The position numbers were made by a program, and so were the translations under genes. The notes under the pieces are model-generated. The model was not told the DNA's origin, did not search any database, and worked only from the letters and a program-made list of their open reading frames with translations. From positions 62,001 to 126,000 of the forward strand of contig NW_013657620.1 in NCBI RefSeq assembly GCF_000142905.1: 64,000 nucleotides of DNA. The letters are read 5' to 3'. Below are positions 44,055 through 53,980 of the stretch, piece by piece; position 1 is the stretch's first letter, and each line of letters opens with the position of its first letter. The DNA is from Thecamonas trahens ATCC 50062 (Eukaryota > Protista > Apusomonadida).

Positions 44055-45599
44055 TTAGTCGTGGGCAGGCGGCGGCGGAGGCGGATCAGCAGCTGGCACA
44101 GCACCGGCTGTTGACAAAGTGGCAGCGGCTGGCGTGGCCGGAGCTGCCGCGGGCGGGGCTGGCGTGGCCGAGCTCTTCGCGGGTGGTACCGTGGCGGCGG
44201 CAGCGGCGGCAGCAGTGACGGTGGCCGGGTCAAAGGCCGACAGCGAGGAGAGCGACGAGACGGGAGGGGTGGCGGTGGGCGAGGCAAAGGCTGGGGACGG
44301 CAGGGACGATGATGCCGGGCCTCCAGCGCTCGCAATCTTGGCCTTAGCCAATTGGCGGGCTTTGGCCTGTGCAAACAAGGCCTTCTGCCGGGCAATGTCC
44401 TCAGCCGTCGGCTCGTGCTTCTTCCGCTTGGTGTGTGTCAGCTTGGGCCGCTTCGCATCGCGGGCCTTGTGGGCGCCAAGCGCGTCGCGGCTCCGCTTCA
44501 GCACCTCTGTATTAGCAAATCCCAGATCCTCCATGGCCTTGAACACATGGTTTGGGTTAATCACCTTCTTGGTCGACCGCTCACAGACCTCGTGCGCCTC
44601 CGAGCCGACCAGATGCACAAACTCTGTCGCATCACCATCGCTTGTGAGTCTGCTACTCTATCTCTCCCCCCCTCCCCCCCCNNNNNNNNNNNNNNNNNNN
44701 NNNNNNNNNNNNNNNNNNNNNNNNNNNNNNNNNNNNNNNNNNNNNNNNNNNNNNNNNNNNNNNNNNNNNNNNNNNNNNNNNNNNNNNNNNNNNNNNNNNN
44801 NNNNNNNNNNNNNNNNNNNNNNNNNNNNNNNNNNNNNNNNNNNNNNNNNNNNNNNNNNNNNNNNNNNNNNNNNNNNNNNNNNNNNNNNNNNNNNNNNNNN
44901 NNNNNNNNNNNNNNNNNNNNNNNNNNNNNNNNNNNNNNNNNNNNNNNNNNNNNNNNNNNNNNNNNNNNNNNNNNNNNNNNNNNNNNNNNNNNNNNNNNNN
45001 NNNNNNNNNNNNNNNNNNNNNNNNNNNNNNNNNNNNNNTCCCCCCCCCTCCCCCTCTCCCTCGATCTCATACCCAGACAACACTCGTTCAGCAGCTCGCG
45101 CGCCTCCTTGTGGCACTTGATGTCGCCCAAGTCCATGCCCTCGAGCGTAGCGCGGATGACATTGTCGATGGTTCCTGCCACCCGAGTCACGACGAGCCGA
45201 TATGGCCATCATACCAAGTATGGTGCCGAGAACCACAACCAGGTTACCGAGGACCATACCGAGGACCACGACCCACGACGCCAAGGATCACGATCATCGA
45301 TGCCGAGGACAATGTCGCCGAGAATGATGACGCCGAGGACGACAAGAGGCCAAGCCCAAGGCCAAGCCCGAGCAACGATAGTACGATACCCACAACCATA
45401 CCCGCCATCCCATGCCCACCATTCAATGCCCACCACCCCGCCCCCCCATGCCCACCCCATCCCAGATCATCATCATGCCTATGTGAGTGCAGCCCCTCCC
45501 TCTCTCCCCTCCCCCCCCCCGTCCCACCCCTCCCCCCCCCTCCCTCACCCTCCCACGGCACACACACATACGCTGTGGTAGCTTGAGGTCCTCATTCAT
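44055..45599 (-). CDS. DR1: Negative cofactor 2 beta (Dr1); exons 45599-45572, 45174-45073, 44623-44055
   Basis: Spliced product MNEDLKLPQRTIDNVIRATL...HKEARELLNECCLEFVHLVGSEAHEVCERSTKKVINPNHVFKAMEDLGF...RQKALFAQAK; introns GTATGT..CAG and GTATGA..CAG keep frame. Confidence 0.93.
44682..45038. other. Assembly gap (357 N) in DR1 intron 2
   Basis: N run flanked by poly-C. Confidence 1.
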
Positions 45600-45902
45600 G
45601 GCTGCAGTTCCCCGTCCCTCCCTCTGCAAGTCGACGTGTCGTGTGTCCCTCTTCTAGTGTCTCGCTCCTTGGCTCCCGCTGTCCAACGCCTGCTCTCCAT
45701 GTTGGCAATGTCCTCGTCTCGTCACGTCACCATCAGCAAAGGCATGCTGGGCTACCTCCTCTCCCCCTCCCCACATACACCACCAACGGAACTCGACTGA
45801 GTTAATGCTGGGCCAGCTACGTATGTGACACTGTATTAGTGGCTTTGATCACAATGGCCGTGGCCACTACGGGCTGGCGTCGGTTGTCCAGCCATGTATG
45901 GC

Positions 45903-46766
45903 TTAGTCGGTCTTGAGAGCGACAGAGCCGCGGTAGCCAAGATAGATGGCGGCGGCAAGGGCGACAAAGGTGCATGCAGAGAAAAAGGCGACAACAATGA
46001 GGATCTGGGCGAGCGCGTTCTGGTTGACGCCCATGATCGACGACTCGGCCGCGCCAGCCCGCCAGGTGCCCCAGAAGCCACCGCGGCCCGAGGCCTCGAG
46101 GGTGTAGCACTTGCGGTTGCCGTTGGGCGAAACGGTGCCCACGGCGCACTCGTAGCACGTCTTGTCGATGCAGGATCCCTCCCACTCGATCGTTGCCGCC
46201 GAGTTGTCCGGGTTCCACGACGAGACCGCGCCACAGAACAGCTGGTCGTTGGTGCCGAGGGCGACGTTGGCACTGGTCACGCTCGCCGAGCAACGGTTGT
46301 ACAGCGGATCCTTCTTGGGCGCACACTGGCCACGGAGGAAGCTCTCACCTTGGATGTCCAGGTCGATGGCCTGGACGCAGAACTCCTCCTTCTCGCAGTC
46401 GTCCGAGTCCTTGCACTGCACACACCGCAGCTGGCTAGCGGACACTGTCCGGCAGTACACATTGTGCTTGTTGAGCGCACAGTCATTATCCCGCGCGCAA
46501 GCCACTATCCGTAGCACCCCACCATCCCCACCATCCCCATCGGTTCCCCTCATTCCGCCAGGTGAGTCGCTAGCCACAGCGGAACAAAGGCGGTTGATCG
46601 GTCTGCCGCTGCCTTGATCGGCACGGCCTTCTTCTAAAGCTGCACCCCCGCCCGCTGCTGACCATTACGTACCGCCCCAGTCGAGCTTTCGCCCTTGGAC
46701 TGCCACCATGACCATAGCCAAAGCCAGCATACTCAGCCACATCCACACACCTGCTCTCAGCACCAT
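45903..46766 (-). CDS. Cys-rich type I membrane protein; probable exons 46766-46673 and 46504-45903
   Basis: Exon 1 encodes the signal peptide MWLSMLALAMVMVAVQG; intron GTACGT..TAG joins in frame to VACARDNDC...CVQC..SDDC...; C-terminal TM. Confidence 0.7.
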
Positions 46767-46944
46767 AGCTCTTCCTCGTTTCGGCTGCGAGTGCGTTGTT
46801 CCGCCACTCGCGCTCGCCCGCACAACCGCCGGCACCCGCCAACTTGAAGCCTTTTTCCTGCACTCTCCCCACCACGGACGTTTGATCGATCGCCAGCTCA
46901 ACGGCCGACTCGACGACCTTGCCACGCCGCGGGATATAGCGGCC

Positions 46945-49116
46945 ATGCCGCGACGGAACGTAGTAGCCGTGAGCAAGGGCGACCTTGCGCTTGTTGACGA
47001 CCTCCTCGACTATCTCCATCGTGGTCTTCCTCCTGCTGACGGCGAGTCGCTCTCTGCCGAGGCTGCTCTGGTCATGGCCATGGCTCTCGGCGTGCCCGAG
47101 TCGTCCGTCGCCCGAACCGCGCGCAGCATGCACCGCGCCGGCCTTCTCCGCCTTCGCAAGTCGCTCCTTAGTCTGGTTGCCTCGGGCGGCCGGCCGCGCA
47201 TCGATCCGATCGTTGCAAAGGTCCATGCTGTGGTATCGGTTGCCGACAATGGTGTTGGCGTTGATGGCGACGATGACGATGACGGTGACGGTGATGGGGT
47301 TGGCCATGATGGGTGCGATGGCTTGGACGCATCAGACTCGGATGCAGAAGGCGATGGTGCTCAGAGTACCGAGGACGGGGGGACAGACTCGGATGCAGAA
47401 GGCGATGAGGATCAGAGTGCCGAGGACAGAAGAGCAGACTCGGACACAGACCTGGGCACGGGCGGCTCGCCGTCCAGCCCGAGTTGCCCCGATGACGAGG
47501 ACGACAAAGTGATGGTGATCGAGGCACTAGGGGACGACGCGCCCGATGCGTTCACCCCGCTGCTGGAGCGGTTTGTCAAGGTTATGATGTGGAAGGAGGC
47601 ATGGGCTGGTGATGCCGTGTTGGACACGCCGCCACTGGAGAGCTTCGCCCCGCTGGTGGCCAAAGATCTGTTCCTCCCGCCTGATCAAGTCAAGCGACTG
47701 TTGCTTTGGACGGGCCTCCCGCAGTCAGACGCCGAGCTCTTTGCCGCCCGCTTCGCCAAGCAGCCGCTCGCCAAGCTGGCCACTGCGCTCCGCCGCCGCC
47801 TCTCCACCGACTGGGATCAGCTGTTGGGTGCGTTCAACACACACCTTGAGCGTTTTGAGGAGCGACAGCGGCTCAAGTTTAACCTTGCCCAGGCCAAGGC
47901 CAGGCCCGAGGCCGAGGCCGAGACCGAGGCCGAGACCGAGACCGAGACCGAGGCCGAGGCCGCCAGCGTCGCCACTGAGGCCGACACTGAGGCCGACACT
48001 GGGAGTCCGCGCAGGGTCCACTTTGCCAACACTGTCCAAGTGACCGAGTACCAGCCTGGCGAGCGGATGCTTCCTCAAAGCCGGCGACGGCGGCGGCAGC
48101 GCGGCGGCTCGCCCGAGCCGTCGTCGGTCTCATCACAGCGTGTTGTGCGAGGCGCGGCGGAAGCAGAAGCCACTTTGGATGCCAACCCGCGTGCGAGCGG
48201 GCGGCTCGAGAGCCTACTTCGTCTACCGCCTGCCAAACGAGCCGAAGTACTGCTCTTTGGCTCGTCCGGTGCCCAGGCGCTGAATGGGGTGCAGGCGCGG
48301 GCGCTGGCCAAGTCGCTCGGCGATGCTGATGCCGGCATCGCCGCCCAGGACTTGCTTGGACTCGACGGCAAACAAGTTCGGGTGCTTCTCGCGACGTGTG
48401 CTGTGCAGGCCGGTGCTGACGCCGACGATTGGGTCGAGCGGCTCGACGCTGCGCTGTGGAACGGGGCCTCGGACGCGCTGTTTGAGACGCTGGCGCCCGG
48501 CAGCGGACTCGGTACCTCAGCCGACGACCTTGTGGAGAGCTTTTCGCGAACCAGCCTCCACACTGGCTTTCTCACTTCCAGCTTTTACCCGCCTCGGATC
48601 TCGATCTCAGAAACGCCACCGTCGCTGCCGCGCAACGAGCCGCTGGCGTCGCGGTACGCCTCCCTGCAGCTCTCGCCGTCGCCGAGGCAAGAGTCGCCTC
48701 CTGCGGTGCCTATGGCCCACCCTGTGGTGGCACCGCCGGATCCAGCGCCGACTACAGTCAACGTCAACATCAACCTCGGTCCGGCGGCAAGCTCGGGAAA
48801 CTCGGCGGCGTCCTACCCTGTTGTCGATGTTTCGTCGACGGCTGGGGCCGACCCGTCGCCTGGCCGTCCAGGCCTCAAAACGCGGCCGCGGATGGTGCCG
48901 TCTGTGGAGCTTCCAGAGCTGCATCGCGGTGCAGCCAGAAGCGGGGCAGGCAGTCCACTTCGGCCACGGACCGAGGCACTGCCGGCGTACATGCCGCGGG
49001 TGCCTGCCGCGGTCGCGGCAGGGTACATCCGGCGAGTGCCCGAGGTGCATCAGGATGCGACGGTGGACCGCGCGCTGGCCATTGCGCTGCGGATCTGCGG
49101 GCGGGGACAGCGGTAA
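46945..49116 (+). CDS. Hypothetical protein with acidic 17-aa repeats and an RVxF motif (~723 aa)
   Basis: Long ORF; start placed at MPRRNVV because the upstream ATG overlaps the divergent gene. Confidence 0.65.
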   Translation: MPRRNVVAVSKGDLALVDDLLDYLHRGLPPADGESLSAEAALVMAMALGVPESSVARTARSMHRAGLLRLRKSLLSLVASGGRPRIDPIVAKVHAVVSVADNGVGVDGDDDDDGDGDGVGHDGCDGLDASDSDAEGDGAQSTEDGGTDSDAEGDEDQSAEDRRADSDTDLGTGGSPSSPSCPDDEDDKVMVIEALGDDAPDAFTPLLERFVKVMMWKEAWAGDAVLDTPPLESFAPLVAKDLFLPPDQVKRLLLWTGLPQSDAELFAARFAKQPLAKLATALRRRLSTDWDQLLGAFNTHLERFEERQRLKFNLAQAKARPEAEAETEAETETETEAEAASVATEADTEADTGSPRRVHFANTVQVTEYQPGERMLPQSRRRRRQRGGSPEPSSVSSQRVVRGAAEAEATLDANPRASGRLESLLRLPPAKRAEVLLFGSSGAQALNGVQARALAKSLGDADAGIAAQDLLGLDGKQVRVLLATCAVQAGADADDWVERLDAALWNGASDALFETLAPGSGLGTSADDLVESFSRTSLHTGFLTSSFYPPRISISETPPSLPRNEPLASRYASLQLSPSPRQESPPAVPMAHPVVAPPDPAPTTVNVNINLGPAASSGNSAASYPVVDVSSTAGADPSPGRPGLKTRPRMVPSVELPELHRGAARSGAGSPLRPRTEALPAYMPRVPAAVAAGYIRRVPEVHQDATVDRALAIALRICGRGQR

Positions 49117-49141
49117 AGAGAAAGGCTTCGTTTACAAGCGA

Positions 49142-50725
49142 CTACATGTACGTCTGCGCGTTCCACTGGTTTGTCTGGGTGACGGCCTTGGCGCGGTACT
49201 CGCGGGCGCGTTGGTGCTTGTTGACGTAGGCCTTGTTGTACGACGAGACCAGGGCGTCGTGGTCGGTCTTCTGGCCGATGATCATGTCGGGGATGGACGA
49301 CGGCTTGTGGTGGTACGAGTTGAGCGGAAGCGGTGGGTTGGAGCGGCGGGTGTCGTCGTTGGCGTACGAGAGCTGGTAGGTGGTATCGAGCAGGTGGGCT
49401 GACGGCCCGTCGACGCGGCCGTAGCCCTCGGAGGCAAGCGAGGTGCCGCGGCGGGCGTCGATGGTGGGCTTGGTGTAAGTGGCACCGCCAGTGGCCGATT
49501 CTGCAGCAGCGCGGATGGCGGCGGCGTCGGCCTCCGAGTCGAGGCGGGCGGCATTAGCGCGGCGGGTGGCGTCAGCGGCGAGGCGGTCGGCCTTGAGCTT
49601 CGGGCGCTCGCGGCCGACCGAGGCGTTGACCAACGAGCGCGACGACTCGTAGGCATGGCGCGAGACCGCCATTTTGGAGCGCTCGCCCGAGGCAAAGGTC
49701 CGCCAGTCGTGGCCGGCCGCCGTCGTGGTCCGCTTCAGAAAGTCGGTGAATCGCCGCATGACGTCCTTGAACGAGTCCTGCGACCGCTCTGAGAGCGCGG
49801 CGTACCACTCGGCGACGTCGGCCACAAGCGAGGCGCGGAGGACGTCGCCGGCGTAAAAGTGGACAATCTCCTCGGGCGGAAGCGTGTCCGAGGCGGCAAC
49901 AACGGCAGCGCGCGGGAGTGAGAGCGTCTCCTGGTAGACCGAGGTGTAGTTGGTGGCCCTGAAGAACTCGGCTTCATCAGCCCGCTCCAGCGTGGCGGCA
50001 AACGGCGCCGCCTGGTCCGCGCCCCAATCGAGCTTGCGATCGCGGTGGACCTTGGACGCCATACCGCGGGCCGACCAGTCGTGGAAGTCCCTCTGGTAGA
50101 GCGAGACGAGGCCGATCGATTCATCGCCGGCTTGATCCGTGCCGGGCGTCTTTCCACCGGCGCCGGTGCCACCACCGCTTTCCCCATCGAGATGCGAGGC
50201 GGCACGAAGCGCGGCGAGTTCAGCTCGACCAGCGCGCTCGGCCTGCTGCGATGCAAGCGAGGACTGCGGCGGGGCGAGAGTGGCGGTCTTGGCAGCGATG
50301 CGGGCAGGCGTGGCAGCCATGTTGGACTCGATGGAAGCGTTGTAGCCACAGTCATCGAGCGAGCACTCTGAGCCATACTCATGGCGCGAAGCAGACGATG
50401 TGTAGGCCTTGATGGCATTGAAGACGTCGAGGAACTCGCTCCGATCAGGCCCCATGGCCGTCTCCAGGTAGCGGTCGATGTGCGGTGCTGCCCAGTCGGT
50501 GGTCAGCGCCGCGAACCGGGCGTTGGCCTCGGGCACCGCAAGCCCATTGTGCTCACGCGTCCGCCTCAGAATCATGTCTGTCAGTGGTGGGTCTGGGTCT
50601 GGCTGCGGGTCTGGGTGTGGTTGGTCGTCGAGTGGGAGAGGTGCTGTGGCGTGGGCGTGGGCGTGGGCGTGGGCGTGGGCGTGTGGCTGGTGCTGACCCG
50701 CTGCCGTTCCGTTGGCGGCTGCCAT
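49142..50725 (-). CDS. Hypothetical protein with Mn-like (S/T-x-Y-x-x-x-F/Y) motifs; possible axonemal microtubule-inner protein
   Basis: SLYQRDF, SVYQETL, TTYQLSY and SSYNKAY in a strongly coding-biased ORF. Confidence 0.6.
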   Translation of the reverse strand: MAAANGTAAGQHQPHAHAHAHAHAHATAPLPLDDQPHPDPQPDPDPPLTDMILRRTREHNGLAVPEANARFAALTTDWAAPHIDRYLETAMGPDRSEFLDVFNAIKAYTSSASRHEYGSECSLDDCGYNASIESNMAATPARIAAKTATLAPPQSSLASQQAERAGRAELAALRAASHLDGESGGGTGAGGKTPGTDQAGDESIGLVSLYQRDFHDWSARGMASKVHRDRKLDWGADQAAPFAATLERADEAEFFRATNYTSVYQETLSLPRAAVVAASDTLPPEEIVHFYAGDVLRASLVADVAEWYAALSERSQDSFKDVMRRFTDFLKRTTTAAGHDWRTFASGERSKMAVSRHAYESSRSLVNASVGRERPKLKADRLAADATRRANAARLDSEADAAAIRAAAESATGGATYTKPTIDARRGTSLASEGYGRVDGPSAHLLDTTYQLSYANDDTRRSNPPLPLNSYHHKPSSIPDMIIGQKTDHDALVSSYNKAYVNKHQRAREYRAKAVTQTNQWNAQTYM

Positions 50726-50871
50726 CCATTCGGTTGGCTGTTGGCCGTTGGTGGTGGTGGGAAGGGGGGGGGGGTGGGAATGGCATCAAAATTTTGTGAC
50801 TGCCGGAATGAGCCAAGCAGAGTGGTCCTACGAGAAATGACAGGCTTTGTTTGCCGGTGACACAGTCCAGG

Positions 50872-50967
50872 GAGGCAAACAAGTATACCAAGTAGGGGCA
50901 AACAAGTATACCAAGTAGGGGCAAACAAGAATACCAAGTAGAGGCAAACAAGTATACCAAGTAGAGG
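50872..50967. repeat. 23-bp AT-rich minisatellite (GGCAAACAAGTATACCAAGTAGR) x~4.5
   Basis: Direct reading; between divergent genes; no spacers. Confidence 0.9.
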
Positions 50968-51342
50968 CAAACAAGTAGTCCAAGGATACAAAGTATACAT
51001 GTTTGCCGGGCTCTTCCTGCTCTCAAACTGAGGTACTCTGCTGCATCCGGATGACCTCAACGCCTCGTACCACTGTATGCTATGTCGTACAGTTCTTGAC
51101 ATAGCTTTTGTCAAACAGAGTATGTGCATCCATGATGTTTCTGTGTTGTGTTGGTGCGTGGACACCTCAATCCGGAAGAAAAGAGCTCAGGGAGTCGCAG
51201 GGCATCGTTCCGGAACGGCAAACGACCACAAAACACAGGCCGTTAGACCGAGAGTGAGGGTAAGGCGAAGGTAGACTTGAGTTTCAGCTCTCCCTACCTC
51301 CCTCCCTCCCTCTCTCTCTCTCGACTTCTCACTACAGTCACG

Positions 51343-52107
51343 ATGCAGTTTGTGCTTGTCTGCCTCGTTCTCGCTATGCTCACTGCCTCGTCGCTCGGCG
51401 CGAACGTCACGCTCTGCTACTACTCTCAAAATGGACCGGCGTCAGTCGACGCAACGCTGACATCGACGACGACGTCTGCGGTGGTGAACCCGGGCAATCT
51501 GGCCAAGAACAAGTGTCTTGTGATTGTGAGCTCCGTCTCTGGAAGCTACAACGTCTCGATTAGCAGCAGCGGCTCGGAGCTGACGTCGAAGGTCGTGTCG
51601 CTCAGCAGCGACACGCGGATCTTTGTCTCGCCGTCGGGCACGCCGGACTCGGCCAGCGTCGAGATCACGACCCAAGGAATTGCAAACATCGCTAACACCG
51701 ACACCCAAGTCTACACGTCCAACTTTGGCACCGTCTCTCCCATCAACGTTGAATTTGGCACAGCGAACCTCACCCCGGTCAACTTTGGCGTGACTGGGAC
51801 GGCCATCATGCGGCAGAACCCGAGCGTCAACAAGTTCACACTCAAGTACTCGGCCAGGAGTCAGGTCCTCGGTACCATCGGCTACTCGGGCTCGGCTAGG
51901 GTCGACCTGCTCGGTAAGCCTGTCTTTGTGGCTTTTGTTGCTGACGCCTCGGGCTCGACAACGATGCACGTCACGTCTGCGACCGGTGTCGAGATGTCGA
52001 GCGGCAACGCGGCGACGACGTCGTCGACGTCAGGTGCGATCAGCGCGGCACCGGCGTGGGCTGCGGCGGTGACAATGGCGGGTGCTGTACTTGCGGCGCT
52101 CCTCTAG
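51343..52107 (+). CDS. Probable GPI-anchored Ser/Thr-rich surface protein (254 aa)
   Basis: Signal peptide MQFVLVCLVLAMLTASSLG; beta-rich body; terminal SGA...WAAAVTMAGAVLAALL. Confidence 0.8.
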   Translation: MQFVLVCLVLAMLTASSLGANVTLCYYSQNGPASVDATLTSTTTSAVVNPGNLAKNKCLVIVSSVSGSYNVSISSSGSELTSKVVSLSSDTRIFVSPSGTPDSASVEITTQGIANIANTDTQVYTSNFGTVSPINVEFGTANLTPVNFGVTGTAIMRQNPSVNKFTLKYSARSQVLGTIGYSGSARVDLLGKPVFVAFVADASGSTTMHVTSATGVEMSSGNAATTSSTSGAISAAPAWAAAVTMAGAVLAALL

Positions 52108-52190
52108 CGATGACGGCACCAGCACTTGCTAACTAAACAAGTCAGTTTTCACTTTGTACAGTCTAGTATGTGCAGGGAGCTCGAGAAGCC

Positions 52191-53165
52191 TTAAATCGGC
52201 GGCGGCGGGCCCGACGACGAGGCCGAGCCTGGCGGAGAAGAGTAGCCGCTCGAGCCCGACTCGCCGTCGTCCGATGACGGCGGCGGGCCACCCGATGACG
52301 ACGAAAAAGACTCGTCGCGGCGGCGGAGCCGGGCAGGCGGCGCGCGACGCGGCGGCGGCGGAGCAGGCTTGGTCTCGGCCTCGTCAACGTACGACGACGA
52401 CGACGCGGCGTCAAAGTTCATGTACGCGGCACCCGAGACGGCAATTTGGGCCTCGGTCTCGCGGGCCAGCGGAGTCATCTCGACATCGCCGTCGTCGCTC
52501 TCGAACCGCTGCGGCGGCGGGCCCTTGGGCGCGGCCACGCCACCGGAGCCTGTCACAACGCCGCCAGCGGGCGTTGCGCCGAGCGTCACGTGCTCGTCCA
52601 TGTCGACCAGCTCGTCACGATGCTTGGCGGCCGGCTCGTCATAGTGCACGTCGTAGATAAAGCCAGCGTCAGTGAGCTTCTTGTTGCGGCGCTTCTCCAT
52701 CTCGACCTGTGCACGGAACTGGCGCATGACGCGCCAGGCCTCGTCCTGCCTGCGATGGGCACGACCGGCTGCCTTGTCCCTGCGGCCCTTAAAGGTACGG
52801 AAGATACGCCAGAGAACAAGGACAGCGAGGAAGAGGGCCAGACCGACGTAGCCGTGGGTAAAGCCGCCCTTGTCCGAGTCCTTGCGCTCAAAGAACGACT
52901 CTTGCGGCACCTCGCCCGAGGGGCAGTAGCCAGTGTAGATGACCTGACCACGGGAGCAGGCAATGGTTCCATCGGGATTGAGCTCAGAGCACTTGCTCTC
53001 CACCTCGCACCAGCCACAGCTCGCCTGCTGCTCCAGCAGACACGCACCACACTCGTTGTGGATGATACACTGCTCCGAGGTCTCTAGGGCCACTGCGTAG
53101 TTGCACACGCTCGCAATGATCACTACACTCACCCACAAAGTTATAAACCACATGAGTAAAGACAT
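52191..53165 (-). CDS. PSI-domain single-pass membrane protein (PTTG1IP-like architecture)
   Basis: Signal peptide; C.....CGACL.....CGWC.....C; TM YVGLALFLAVLVLW; basic helix; acidic/Pro tail. Confidence 0.75.
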   Translation of the reverse strand: MSLLMWFITLWVSVVIIASVCNYAVALETSEQCIIHNECGACLLEQQASCGWCEVESKCSELNPDGTIACSRGQVIYTGYCPSGEVPQESFFERKDSDKGGFTHGYVGLALFLAVLVLWRIFRTFKGRRDKAAGRAHRRQDEAWRVMRQFRAQVEMEKRRNKKLTDAGFIYDVHYDEPAAKHRDELVDMDEHVTLGATPAGGVVTGSGGVAAPKGPPPQRFESDDGDVEMTPLARETEAQIAVSGAAYMNFDAASSSSYVDEAETKPAPPPPRRAPPARLRRRDESFSSSSGGPPPSSDDGESGSSGYSSPPGSASSSGPPPPI

Positions 53166-53980
53166 CACATTCTCCTCTTTCCAACCATATCCTTTCCATA
53201 CCCCTCCCCTCCTACATCTACCCCTACCAACTGTGTATCCTCTCCCCCTCTCCTCTCTCCCGCCATGTCGGCAATGCCAAAAAACGAACATCGCCCGTTT
53301 GTCCCTCCCTCCCCCCCTCCCCCCCCCTACACAAGCCACGTACCCACCCACACCAACCCCATTACCATGCTTGCATGCATATGGTCACTCGTGCTTCACT
53401 CGTCGTCTCTCTGCTTCAGTGCTGTGTGTCAGACGAGTGGCGAGGGTCGTCTAGCCAACCCTTGCCTGCCCTTGCCCCCCCCCCCCCCCCCCCCTGCCCC
53501 TCCCCTTGGTCAGGCTGTGTGTGGTCGCGCGCGTGGGTGTGCTACGGTGGGGGAAGGAGGAGTGCGTCTGTCACCGATCCCTACTCTCTCGGACTCCTCT
53601 GCTCTGAACGGGTGATCGATAATGTATGATGGTTACTGCTTTGATTGAATCGGTGCGCATCAGTGTCGCCGCCACCTAGATCATGCCGGCCGATGACGAG
53701 GTGATGGGTTGGATGATGACGGGGTGATGGGGGTGGTGGGCTTGGACGATGACGACACTGGTGCCCTTCCCTCCCTCCTGCACCCTCCCTATTTCTCTTC
53801 TTCTGACCAGCAGCCCTCACCACACCTCCCCCACATCACACCAGACGTTCCGATCGGCTGCACCAGCACCCGCGATCCGTCCATTCCTCGACTGCGTCGC
53901 GCCACGAGCCCCCCCCCTCCCCCCCTCGCGCCTCAAAGCTGGACATCCAACTCACAGTTAGACACACTGGGCAACACTGT

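Noticed and set aside
50872-50967. 23-bp repeats as a CRISPR array
   Set aside because: Head-to-tail with no spacers, no cas genes, eukaryotic context.
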